A DNA stretch of 38,929 bases, from NCBI GenBank assembly GCA_949538025.1, contig CATISI010000088.1, positions 1 through 38,929 on the forward strand, written 5' to 3'. The notes under the pieces were generated by a model. The model had not been told where the DNA came from. It ran no database searches and was given only the letters and a program-made list of their open reading frames with translations. This document shows, piece after piece, positions 9,651 through 18,339 of the stretch (position 1 is its first letter; the number at the start of each line of letters is the position of its first letter). The translations under genes were made by a program, and so were the position numbers. This DNA is from Candidatus Poseidoniaceae archaeon. Its GTDB lineage: Archaea > Thermoplasmatota > Poseidoniia > Poseidoniales > Poseidoniaceae.

Positions 9651-10856
9651 ATGGAGGAACTGCGTGGAGTTGAATTGCTTCCTGAACCCGGGGAGCCAAA
9701 GATTCTCTCTGCCATTGACCCCTCGACCGCAGGTCATGAAGGTCAGTGGCGAGCAAAGGTAACCGGTTGGGCACCAGTAGTTCCTAATACAGTACCATTT
9801 AGGCCACGACGTGTCTTTTCCTTTGCATCAGGCATTTTTGTTGCACTGTTTATGGGTATGGTCGTGGTCTTATGGCAGTCTGATCTCCTGTTATTGCAAT
9901 TACCACCTCCAACTTCAGAATGGGCCTTCGAGGATTCCGAAATTCGAGAACTGCAAGAGACAGGTCTCACTGGTGAGGGTGTTCGTGTATGCATGGTTGA
10001 CACGGGAGTTTCACTTTCACACACTTCTCTTGATGATGCGGACATCGTGTTCAAGGATTTTGTCGGGAATTCTGAAACACCCACAGATTATGGTTCCATC
10101 GCTCATGGCACCCTCATGGCAGGAATCTTACTGTCAAACGATTTCCAACAAGGTATCGCACCCGATGTTACATTGGGTATGGCGGCAGCGTTGAGTGCTA
10201 ACGGTGAGAACAATACTGGTTCAGAGACACGTGTAGCCGATGCTATTCGCTGGTGCATTTTTGATTTCGAAGCTGACATTATCTCGCTCTCTCTTGGCGG
10301 TGCACAAGATCAATCAGCATCTCGTGAAGGTCCTGCCGTTTCTGCAACCAGACAAGCTATTGATGCAGGAATCTTCGTTGTCGCCGCGGCTGGAAACGAT
10401 GGAGGTTCCGGTGATGATGGATTTGTAAGCGCACCTGGCAACGTCAACCTCGTCATCACAGTGGGCGCTTCGGATCGAGAAGGGAACGTCTGGAGTCAAT
10501 CGTCCATGGGCGAATCTGTCGACAAGGATGGGAACGTTCGTGTATATCCAAATCAAAAGCCCGAATTGGTTGCACCGGGTGTTGACATTCTATCAACTGG
10601 CACGGATAACCAGTGGTACACGTCCAGTGGTACTTCAGACGCAACGGTGTTTGTTGCGGGAGCTTTGGCATTGATACTTGAGGCTCATCCCGAACTTAAA
10701 CCGAAAGGGCAACCGACAACAGGCTGCATTGAACTTGTGAAACGTGCATTAGCAGATTCGATGAATCCAGATTCGCAACATGATTCAAAACAAGGGTATG
10801 GTCAGCTGAAGGCAAGCGCGTGGCAGGATCAGTTTTCTGATGAAATCGTATGCTAA
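9651..10856 (+). CDS. Membrane-anchored subtilisin-like serine protease (peptidase S8) with no recognisable propeptide
   Basis: ATG at 9651 is preceded by GGGAGGGG. The catalytic triad motifs occur in subtilase order: VCMVDTGV (D117, nt 9999-10001), AHGTLMAG (H152) and SGTSDATVFVAGALA (S329), with the oxyanion Asn in AAAGND (N249). A single TM helix (FASGIFVALFMGMVVVLW, about aa 58-75) lies roughly 40 aa before the catalytic Asp, after a ~55-aa N-terminal segment. Confidence 0.85.
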   Translation: MEELRGVELLPEPGEPKILSAIDPSTAGHEGQWRAKVTGWAPVVPNTVPFRPRRVFSFASGIFVALFMGMVVVLWQSDLLLLQLPPPTSEWAFEDSEIRELQETGLTGEGVRVCMVDTGVSLSHTSLDDADIVFKDFVGNSETPTDYGSIAHGTLMAGILLSNDFQQGIAPDVTLGMAAALSANGENNTGSETRVADAIRWCIFDFEADIISLSLGGAQDQSASREGPAVSATRQAIDAGIFVVAAAGNDGGSGDDGFVSAPGNVNLVITVGASDREGNVWSQSSMGESVDKDGNVRVYPNQKPELVAPGVDILSTGTDNQWYTSSGTSDATVFVAGALALILEAHPELKPKGQPTTGCIELVKRALADSMNPDSQHDSKQGYGQLKASAWQDQFSDEIVC

Positions 10857-11008
10857 TCAAATAGGAATTGGTTGATACTATTCGGTATATTTGATATTTT
10901 TAAAGATAAAATGATGATATTTTCACAGGATATTGATATTTTTTCAAGTGTCAAATGGGGCGCAGTATTATATTCGTTCAGTGCTTCCACAGTAATAGAG
11001 GACTGAAC
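10857..11008 (+). promoter_or_regulatory. AT-rich intergenic region, likely the promoter of the beta-helix/STAND gene pair, and a possible oligo-T termination zone for the upstream pair
   Basis: This is the most AT-rich stretch I saw in the window. It contains the TATA-like TTTTTAAAGATAAAA (about 10897-10911) and T-runs. An AGAGGA Shine-Dalgarno-like element lies 7 nt before the ATG at 11009. Confidence 0.45.
10873..10942 (+). repeat. Three exact plus one degenerate direct copies of TGATATTTT, spaced 19-23 bp apart
   Basis: Exact TGATATTTT at 10892-10900, 10915-10923 and 10934-10942. A degenerate copy, TGATACTA, starts at 10873. The spacing is about two helical turns. Confidence 0.6.
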
Positions 11009-14000
11009 ATGCAATTTGCAAATGTTGGAAAAAGTATAGGACTAGTGGGACTACTTCTCACATCGTTGATGATCGGTTTGGTTACTGTGCCAACCGCAAG
11101 CGCAGTAAACGAGACGGCATCCGGAACAATCGTTACAACCGAGATATGGAGTGGCACACACACTCTTACAGGCGACGTTACCGTTGCAGAAGGTGCGAAA
11201 CTTGTCATACAAGCTGGGACAACGATTAACATCCCTGCTGGTGTTTTCATCGATGTTGAAGGCGCTATATGTGCAGGTTCAGCAGCATGTGGGGCAACAC
11301 AAGGAAGCGCTTCTTCTCAAGTTCGCTTTGAGTGGGCAACACCCACCGATTACAGCGTTTCTGGACGATGTTACCAACAGGGCAACCAACTCCTGACCAA
11401 CTCTGACGCTGCATGCGGTTCTGGGGTCATCATCCGCAACACAATCAATCAAGCATCAACGGGTATGTCGTACGTATCGTTTAACAACGCATACGGCTAC
11501 CCAATTTACGTTCAAACTTTGCAAACTGTTCAATACGGTACACTCGTCTTCGATGGTTCTTCTACCGTTGTCGACAATCTCGCCTTCTCGAACATCAATA
11601 CATCAAACATTATTGCGCTTGATTTCGCAGCACCGACGATTCGTGACTCAACGTTCACCCTTGGTGACGACGGACGCGGATACGATGCTGCAGCCGTCCG
11701 AGCCTACGAGGCAGGTGCGGGTATCCTCTCCGCCCTGACCATTACTGGTTCCACCTTTACAGGTAACACCCAAGCGCAGTGTGGTAACCAGGGCGGAGGA
11801 CGTGTCCTCATCTACGCTGAGTCATCCTATGTCTCGATGGACAATCTCGACATCAAAGATAACGCATATGGAGCATTCTTCAAGGGTTCATCTGGATCCT
11901 TGGGCAACAGTACAATCAACGTCCTGTGCAACGCCATTGACACCAACTCTTACAAGTCAACAGGCAACTTTGCTCACACCCTTTACATCGATAACAACGT
12001 CATTACTACCGGCGAAGGTGCGGGTATTACTGCCTACGATGGCGCCATTGTCACAGCAACAGATAACACCATTTCCGGCGCATCGAGTGGTTCCGGATTC
12101 GGTATCCGTGACTCCACGCTGAGCGCTCATCGCAACACAGTAGGTCCAATCACTGGTTTCAACGGATTCTGGGTCTACGGTCAATCTGAAGTTGAGATTG
12201 AGAACAACACCGTTCAAGACACTGCAAAGGAACCAATCCAAATCGGAGAATACCACTACCGAGATCCTGGTAGTAACTACCCTGGTCCATCACCAAACCG
12301 TGCGTACATCGCAAACAACATCATCTCCAACAACTCTGGAACATGCACCTCCGAGTGGATGTATGATGGTGATTTCAATTGTCCTGCCATCCACGTTTTT
12401 ACTTCCTCTGCAACCATCGTTGACAACACCGTTTCCAACAACGCTGGTGATGGTCTTCGAATCAAGGGTTCGATTGTCAATGTTCAACGCAACACCATCG
12501 AAGCAGGACAATTTGCTGCCAACATCACACACTTCGACAACCAATACGGGCAGAAATATGGTTCCATCGGTTACTTTTCTGGGAACACATGGACCAACGC
12601 AACTCAGATCTACAACATCTCCGAATCTCGTGTAACGGTTCAATCAGAGTATATCCCTGATGCTGCCGGAGGTTACTCATTCCCGGTCATGCTCCAGTGG
12701 CTTGGTGCCGAGTGCCCATATGTCCAGTCAGAATGTCTCTTACTCCCAGACACTGCTGCTGTGCCACCTCGTGACATGCCTCTCGCCATTGAGTTGGTGA
12801 ACAATTCCACGGTCTTCTCGTTCGCAGATTTGCAAAACTTTGATGCAACAAAGGTCCACGTCCAAAACCAAAACTCAGCTTGGGGTTCACAAGTTCGCCA
12901 AGGCGAACTGGTTCGCTACCAAGTGAAAGCAAAAAACAGCAACGTCGCAGGAGCAACGGTCATCATCAAGGATGCAACAGGATTGCCTCTCTACGAGCTC
13001 ACAACAGACAATTTCGGCTTTACGCAGCAAGTATCGCTTCCATCGAACTTCCTTCTCGACCGAAACTGGAATCATTTCGTTGGGGAAAACAACGTCATTG
13101 TACCTGGTTCAGACGATGGGACAGGATCTCCAATCACGCTTGATGAAGACACATGTTCTGACGGATACGATAACGATGGAGATACTTTCGTCGATGAAGA
13201 TGACCCTGATTGTGCCAACGGTCGTGAACTCCCGTTCTACATCGTCGAAGCTTACAAATTTGGTAAGGGTAAGAAGGATTTTGATTTCGTCCTCAGTGGT
13301 TCAATTGATGATATCATCAGCCTTGACAACGAACGCCCGAGTGTCACTGTTGAACAATACGACGGTGACTCCTTTGCCATCAACGCTGTCATCACAGGAA
13401 CGGCTTGGGATGGTCGCTCTGGCCCATATCCACTCGATGTCATTGCCTATGACCGGCAATTCGGATTGATTGAGCGCGTTGAAATCCAACCTCCAGGCAG
13501 CACCGATTGGTACTATGCCGTTGACACCTCGGGTGCAAACGGCGAATTGACCAAAGAAAACCACCCGTTTAAGACGTGGTCGTTTGATTGGGATTTGTCC
13601 GCTCACCCGGATGGTGAGAGTGACGTCACCTTCAGAATTCGTTCTTATGACGGTTTGGACTACTCCCCGATCGAAGTCCGTAAGTTCAAGTTGAATCTTG
13701 TTCCACCGACACTCTATCTTAACGAGCCATTGGATGGTTCGACGCATTCCAACGGAAAGATTCTCTTTACCGGAACGGCATCTGATCCGTACTCAGGAAC
13801 ATGGGGGTCTGACATTCAAGACATCTGGTTCGACGTCTCTGGTCCGAACGGTTACGCCTCACACTTCGCCATCGATGGTTCGGTTGCTTGGGCATATGAA
13901 TGGAACTTTGCGGAACTCGAGACCGGCGAATACACGTTTGATGTGTGGGCGAGTGACAGTGACTTCTGTGACGATGTGCAAGGAACGTGCGTGATTTCGA

Positions 14001-15346
14001 CACGGACTGTCATGGTTCTTAACGACAACATCATACCAATTGTTGATCTTCTAGAACCCGATGGCACGCAACCAGTGCAGGCGGAAGAGACGACCACACT
14101 TCTCGGGTTTGCAAGCGATGGAGCCGACGGTACCATCACACGTGTTGAAATTGAAATTCTTGACCTCGCGAGCGGATTGATTCTTTCGGATGGACCAGGT
14201 CCAGTGACGACCTTCCAAAAGAGCGGACCGGGATATTCGTGGTCTGCAGTTTGGGACACAAGCAAGTTGACTCACGAACGCCAATATGAGATTCGAGTTA
14301 AAGCCTACGATGGTGAAGATTACTCGGTTGAAGACGTTGTTCGAATTACGATTTCGAAGCCGAGTGATGCCAACAATATTCCACCACAGTTCAATTCAAC
14401 TGCGTGGCCAAATCAGGTCACGATTTTCTGTGTCGTTGGCTCAACTTCTGAGAATCAGTGTGGTGGAGGGGCAGTCCTTGATTTGAAGGAATACTTCATT
14501 GATCCGGATTCATCATTTGACCAACTCAGCATCGACTTCTTGGATGATCAGACCGATCCGAGCGATGACTCTCATCCATACTTCATCACCATTGATAGCG
14601 AAGGGTTCGCTCGATACGATCCTGCTATTTCTCAATCAAACGAAGATATCACGACGTGGACCATAGAAAATGTTCGATTCATCGTCCGGGATACTTCGGA
14701 TGAGTCTGCGTTGTCCCGTGATGTCACCTTCTTTGTTCAGGCGATTCAATTCGGTGTCGAGCGAGACAATCCGAGTGGTACAGTCACTGCTACGAGCACT
14801 GCGAATTTCAGTGGAACAGGCTTGCCTGGTGCCCGAATTGAAGCACGTTCTGCAGCTTCTGAAACCCTCATCAAGACGGTAGTTGTTGGTGATACCGGTA
14901 CTTGGACAATGGCACTCACGCTTCAAGATATGAACGATGCATCGAACGACCTCAAGTTCTTGATGGATGGTCAGACCTTCGGTGGTAGTTCAGAACCCGA
15001 GACGTTTAGCGTCGTCGTTGGTGAAGCGGATGAGGGTTCGAACCTTTTCCTCATCGTTGGTATTGTTATCGCTGCCTTGGTTCTCCTTGGTGGCGTTGGG
15101 TACTTCTTCATCGAATTCGAGGATATTGAAGAAGAAGAATTTGCCACATCCGAAGAAGCACCAGAGAAGGTCGACCCATATGCTTGGGGACGAAAAGAGT
15201 CCGTCCAGACTCCTGACCAACAACCTGCTGCCGTACCGGTACAACCGGCTCAGGCGCAGGTCTCTGCTCAACATCCGGGATGGCTTTGGGACCAAGAGAC
15301 CAACCAATGGGTCCCCGATCCAAACTATCAACCTCCTTCCCAGTGA
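11009..15346 (+). CDS. Giant surface protein (~1445 aa): signal peptide, right-handed parallel beta-helix repeats, Ig-like domains, C-terminal TM helix and Pro/Gln-rich tail
   Basis: I prefer the ATG at 11009 (AGAGGA upstream) over the track start at 10955. It gives a classical signal peptide, MQFANVGKSIGLVGLLLTSLMIGLVTVPTASA/VNE. PbH1-type repeats include LYIDNNVITTGEGAGITAYDGAIVTATDNTISGASSGSGFGIRDSTL, VEIENNTVQD, AYIANNIISNNSG and ATIVDNTVSNNAGDGLRIKGSIVNVQRNTIE. Ig-like modules include LNEPLDGSTHSNGKILFTGTASDPYSG and TANFSGTGLPGARIEARSA...GDTGTWTMALT. The TM helix LFLIVGIVIAALVLLGGVGYFFI is at nt 15044-15112. Confidence 0.85.
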   Translation: MQFANVGKSIGLVGLLLTSLMIGLVTVPTASAVNETASGTIVTTEIWSGTHTLTGDVTVAEGAKLVIQAGTTINIPAGVFIDVEGAICAGSAACGATQGSASSQVRFEWATPTDYSVSGRCYQQGNQLLTNSDAACGSGVIIRNTINQASTGMSYVSFNNAYGYPIYVQTLQTVQYGTLVFDGSSTVVDNLAFSNINTSNIIALDFAAPTIRDSTFTLGDDGRGYDAAAVRAYEAGAGILSALTITGSTFTGNTQAQCGNQGGGRVLIYAESSYVSMDNLDIKDNAYGAFFKGSSGSLGNSTINVLCNAIDTNSYKSTGNFAHTLYIDNNVITTGEGAGITAYDGAIVTATDNTISGASSGSGFGIRDSTLSAHRNTVGPITGFNGFWVYGQSEVEIENNTVQDTAKEPIQIGEYHYRDPGSNYPGPSPNRAYIANNIISNNSGTCTSEWMYDGDFNCPAIHVFTSSATIVDNTVSNNAGDGLRIKGSIVNVQRNTIEAGQFAANITHFDNQYGQKYGSIGYFSGNTWTNATQIYNISESRVTVQSEYIPDAAGGYSFPVMLQWLGAECPYVQSECLLLPDTAAVPPRDMPLAIELVNNSTVFSFADLQNFDATKVHVQNQNSAWGSQVRQGELVRYQVKAKNSNVAGATVIIKDATGLPLYELTTDNFGFTQQVSLPSNFLLDRNWNHFVGENNVIVPGSDDGTGSPITLDEDTCSDGYDNDGDTFVDEDDPDCANGRELPFYIVEAYKFGKGKKDFDFVLSGSIDDIISLDNERPSVTVEQYDGDSFAINAVITGTAWDGRSGPYPLDVIAYDRQFGLIERVEIQPPGSTDWYYAVDTSGANGELTKENHPFKTWSFDWDLSAHPDGESDVTFRIRSYDGLDYSPIEVRKFKLNLVPPTLYLNEPLDGSTHSNGKILFTGTASDPYSGTWGSDIQDIWFDVSGPNGYASHFAIDGSVAWAYEWNFAELETGEYTFDVWASDSDFCDDVQGTCVISTRTVMVLNDNIIPIVDLLEPDGTQPVQAEETTTLLGFASDGADGTITRVEIEILDLASGLILSDGPGPVTTFQKSGPGYSWSAVWDTSKLTHERQYEIRVKAYDGEDYSVEDVVRITISKPSDANNIPPQFNSTAWPNQVTIFCVVGSTSENQCGGGAVLDLKEYFIDPDSSFDQLSIDFLDDQTDPSDDSHPYFITIDSEGFARYDPAISQSNEDITTWTIENVRFIVRDTSDESALSRDVTFFVQAIQFGVERDNPSGTVTATSTANFSGTGLPGARIEARSAASETLIKTVVVGDTGTWTMALTLQDMNDASNDLKFLMDGQTFGGSSEPETFSVVVGEADEGSNLFLIVGIVIAALVLLGGVGYFFIEFEDIEEEEFATSEEAPEKVDPYAWGRKESVQTPDQQPAAVPVQPAQAQVSAQHPGWLWDQETNQWVPDPNYQPPSQ

Positions 15347-15358
15347 GCAGGTGACCCA

Positions 15359-17872
15359 ATGATTGCTAAACCTGGCGTGCAGGAGAAGGTGCTGTTGCAT
15401 CTTCTCGACTATGCTGATTTCAAAGAGAAGGTGGAAGTTCCTTTTGCACTCTCCCAAATGGGAATTGCCAATGCCGTGGCAATCGCGCGTTCCAACGTTC
15501 CACGGGCCATTTCGGGTCTAAGAGATCAAGGTCTTCTGGTTGAACGGCAAGCCCATGTGCAAGGTGTTAGCCGAAAACGCAAGGCCTACTTTTTAACAGA
15601 CGCTGGAATCATAGCCGCTGAAGAAACGTGGGGGCGTCTTCGTGATTTTCAATTTCGTTGCATCAACGTCGATGGTGAAACAATCTCAACATCACTCGGT
15701 GCTGCTCATGAGGTCTTGCCCTTCACAATGCGACCGGTTGATATCATACGTTATCTTGATGACAACCTTATCCTTGATGCTCGTTCTCTTTCAGAAGATC
15801 TCATCGAGCGTGATTTGTCAAAGCAAGTCGAGAAACAACTGGTCACTTCTCTCGGAGATCTACCAAGATTACGACACTTCTATGGTCGCGAAAAAGAACT
15901 CGATAATATGGTGAATCTGTTGGACGCACGTGCAACCACATTGATGATTCCTGGTATTGCAGGGATTGGTAAAACAACAATCGCTGCGAAGTTGATTGAA
16001 CGCTTCATGCATCGTAGAAATTTGCTCTATCATCGCTGCCAGGATTGGGAAGGTTCTCGTGCCTTGTTTGAATCCATAGCTGAATGGTTGCTCAACATTG
16101 GCGATTCATCGTTTGCTGATTATCTGGCAGCAACACCTGTGCCTAAACCAGACGATGCTGCACGAATTCTCATTGATTCGCTTGAGAACACACCGACGCT
16201 CATCGTCATTGATGACTTCCACAAGGTTTCGGATGCTATCCTCTTTCAAACCATTCAGTCAATGACGCTTGGGTTGCTTGGAAGTGAAGAATCGATTGGC
16301 CTCGTCATCTTTTCTCGCTCGTTCAAACCCGTTGTTCCAACCAAAGATGCTGAAGGTCGAATCACGAGTCTCGTCTTACCACTTGACGGACTTGACTCCG
16401 ATTCAGCAAGAAATCTTCTCACAGGGTTCGAAGACCTGTCTACTGAACAGTGGTTGCACATTCATGGATTGTCAAGAGGCCACCCACTCGTTCTCGAATT
16501 GATCAACCGCGGTGCATCTGCAGGCGCCTTCCACGATACCCTCGAACATTATGTCACGAAGGAAATCTTTTCCAAACTCTCTGCTGAACAGAAACGTGTT
16601 TTGACTGTTTTATCCATCTTTAGAGAATCCGTTTCACTCGATGCTTTACTCGCACACGAGTTGGACATAGACGTCCTGGGAAGTCTTGTCGAGCAAGGAC
16701 TCGCACGTCAGGTTGATGCCGACGTATACGATGTCCACGACTTGATTCGAGAGTTCCTTGTTCGGAGTATCGATGAACAAACCAAGCAATCTGTTCACAG
16801 TACCTGCGCAACTTACTACAGCAAATTGAGCAAATCATCAGAAACAACCTTGGAGCAGATCTATCACGAACTCGCTTCAGAGCGACAACAGGAAGCGATC
16901 GAAAAGATTGTTGAATTTGGTCGTCAACTTGTTTCACAAGGTCATCTTGAGTTGCTCAGTCTGATAGAAAGTGTAACAATCGACCGTCTTGATGCATCCT
17001 TGATGGCTCCAATGATGCAACTTCAGGGCGATATTCTCCTGATGCTTGGACGATTTGAGCAAGCATCATCCATCTTCGAGACTGCAAGCAAGGCTGCCAA
17101 AGAGTCCAATCTCCCGGTCGTCTATTCCGAGATTCTTGGATCGCAAGCAGACATAGCCATGAAGCAAGGGCAAACCGACAAGGCTCTTTCATCGCACAAA
17201 GAAGCCCTCGAGGTCCAGGTGGAACTTGGTGATGCGAAAGGAGCTGCACGCACCTACAACAACATGGGTTATCTGTACCGTAGAAAGAACGACCGTGCTA
17301 AAGCCCTGGAAGCATATTCCGAAGTTGAAGCGATTATCAGCAGTGATGATTCTTTGCTCAGTGCACAGATTATTCTTGGGCGTGCACTACTGGATCTCGG
17401 AGAAGTTGAACGTGCAAGAAGACATGCGTTTGAGGTGTTTGAACGGACCGACAAAGCTGATGATTTGCTTGCACATGCACGAGCACAAGCCTTGCTTGGA
17501 CGATATCACGCCAAGATGAACGATGCAGAAACATCGATGCATCATTACACGGAATCGTTGAACATCATGTCCGATGTCGGTGATCCAATTTCGATGGTTG
17601 AATTGATGATTCTCCTCGGTGAAGTCCTTGAAGACAGTGGTCGAAGTGAAGAAGCACTCGAACGTTATCGAGAAGCCCTCATCATTGCAGAGGCCAACGA
17701 TCTTCGAATGCAAATTGGCGAACTGCTTTCAAAACTTGGAGGCGTTGCACCAGACCGACAACGTCGAATGGAATACCTTCAGAGAGCACTGGCCGTATTC
17801 CGTGAATTGGGTGCAAGGACACGCATGCGTGAAGTTCAATCACAAGTTCACTCTGCGATTATGGGCCGTTAA
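15359..17872 (+). CDS. STAND-type signal-transducing regulator: N-terminal winged-helix DNA-binding domain, P-loop NB-ARC-like ATPase, C-terminal TPR array
   Basis: ATG at 15359 is preceded by GGTGA and lies 13 bp after the upstream stop. MarR-like wHTH: QMGIANAVAIARSNVPRAISGLRDQGLLVERQ...KRKAYFLTDAG. FYGREKELDNMVNLL is followed by Walker A GIAGIGKTT (nt 15953-15979). Walker B is LIVIDDFHKV. A GxP-like element is HGLSRGHPLVLELI. TPR-like repeats include ARTYNNMGYLYRRKNDRAKALEAYSE and EEALERYREALIIAE. Confidence 0.85.
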   Translation: MIAKPGVQEKVLLHLLDYADFKEKVEVPFALSQMGIANAVAIARSNVPRAISGLRDQGLLVERQAHVQGVSRKRKAYFLTDAGIIAAEETWGRLRDFQFRCINVDGETISTSLGAAHEVLPFTMRPVDIIRYLDDNLILDARSLSEDLIERDLSKQVEKQLVTSLGDLPRLRHFYGREKELDNMVNLLDARATTLMIPGIAGIGKTTIAAKLIERFMHRRNLLYHRCQDWEGSRALFESIAEWLLNIGDSSFADYLAATPVPKPDDAARILIDSLENTPTLIVIDDFHKVSDAILFQTIQSMTLGLLGSEESIGLVIFSRSFKPVVPTKDAEGRITSLVLPLDGLDSDSARNLLTGFEDLSTEQWLHIHGLSRGHPLVLELINRGASAGAFHDTLEHYVTKEIFSKLSAEQKRVLTVLSIFRESVSLDALLAHELDIDVLGSLVEQGLARQVDADVYDVHDLIREFLVRSIDEQTKQSVHSTCATYYSKLSKSSETTLEQIYHELASERQQEAIEKIVEFGRQLVSQGHLELLSLIESVTIDRLDASLMAPMMQLQGDILLMLGRFEQASSIFETASKAAKESNLPVVYSEILGSQADIAMKQGQTDKALSSHKEALEVQVELGDAKGAARTYNNMGYLYRRKNDRAKALEAYSEVEAIISSDDSLLSAQIILGRALLDLGEVERARRHAFEVFERTDKADDLLAHARAQALLGRYHAKMNDAETSMHHYTESLNIMSDVGDPISMVELMILLGEVLEDSGRSEEALERYREALIIAEANDLRMQIGELLSKLGGVAPDRQRRMEYLQRALAVFRELGARTRMREVQSQVHSAIMGR

Positions 17873-18339
17873 AACATGGGTCGGTCGAGTTCAATGGAAA
17901 TCACTCCATTGTAATAGACGACCCAAATGGATTCAACCCCTGCGAGATTGACCAGGCCACTGTGTGGTGCAGATGCAGTGCCAGACAACGAGCGTTCAGT
18001 TCCCAATTCACCTTGCTCATCGTAGAGAATCAATGATGTATCTGTTAATTCCAATGTGAATTGCGATTCGTCGGCTTCCGTAGCTCGCCAGTAAACGCGT
18101 TCTGCGTAGGATGAATTGTCAATTCGACTGGCAACATCCGTACGCTCAATGGCAGCCGATAAATCGTTCATATTGGCATCAATGGCTTCCTCATTCCAGC
18201 GCTCTCGTGTCGCAGTTTCAATGTCATAAATCCACAAACTGAACATCGTAAGGAGCAACACGCCGAGCAGAAATGTGAACACATATCCGAGTTCAGTTGC
18301 GGCTGCCTCTCGATTTTGTTGCAAGGTTGATGTCTTCAA
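17869..18339 (-). CDS. Small (~156 aa) pilin-like protein with a class III signal-peptide-like N-terminus. Proposed TTG start.
   Basis: The track ORF (to 18504) would overlap the upstream gene by 169 nt. An in-frame TTG at 18339-18337 lies 4 nt after GGAGGTGA and overlaps the upstream TGA stop (TTGA). The resulting N-terminus is (M)KTSTLQQNREAAATELGYVFTFLLGVLLLTMFSLWIY: a short polar leader followed by one hydrophobic helix. Confidence 0.6.
   Translation of the reverse strand: MKTSTLQQNREAAATELGYVFTFLLGVLLLTMFSLWIYDIETATRERWNEEAIDANMNDLSAAIERTDVASRIDNSSYAERVYWRATEADESQFTLELTDTSLILYDEQGELGTERSLSGTASAPHSGLVNLAGVESIWVVYYNGVISIELDRPMF

Noticed and set aside
12192-13469. Alternative-frame plus-strand ORFs 12192-12635 (147 aa) and 12972-13469 (165 aa)
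   Set aside because: Both are out-of-frame overlaps with the beta-helix gene. They translate as Thr/Ser/Pro-rich low-complexity sequence, while the main frame carries clear PbH1 repeats.
14990-15457. 155-aa minus-strand ORF spanning the beta-helix/STAND gene junction
   Set aside because: It is antisense to two well-supported genes and to their SD-linked junction, and I recognise no features in it.
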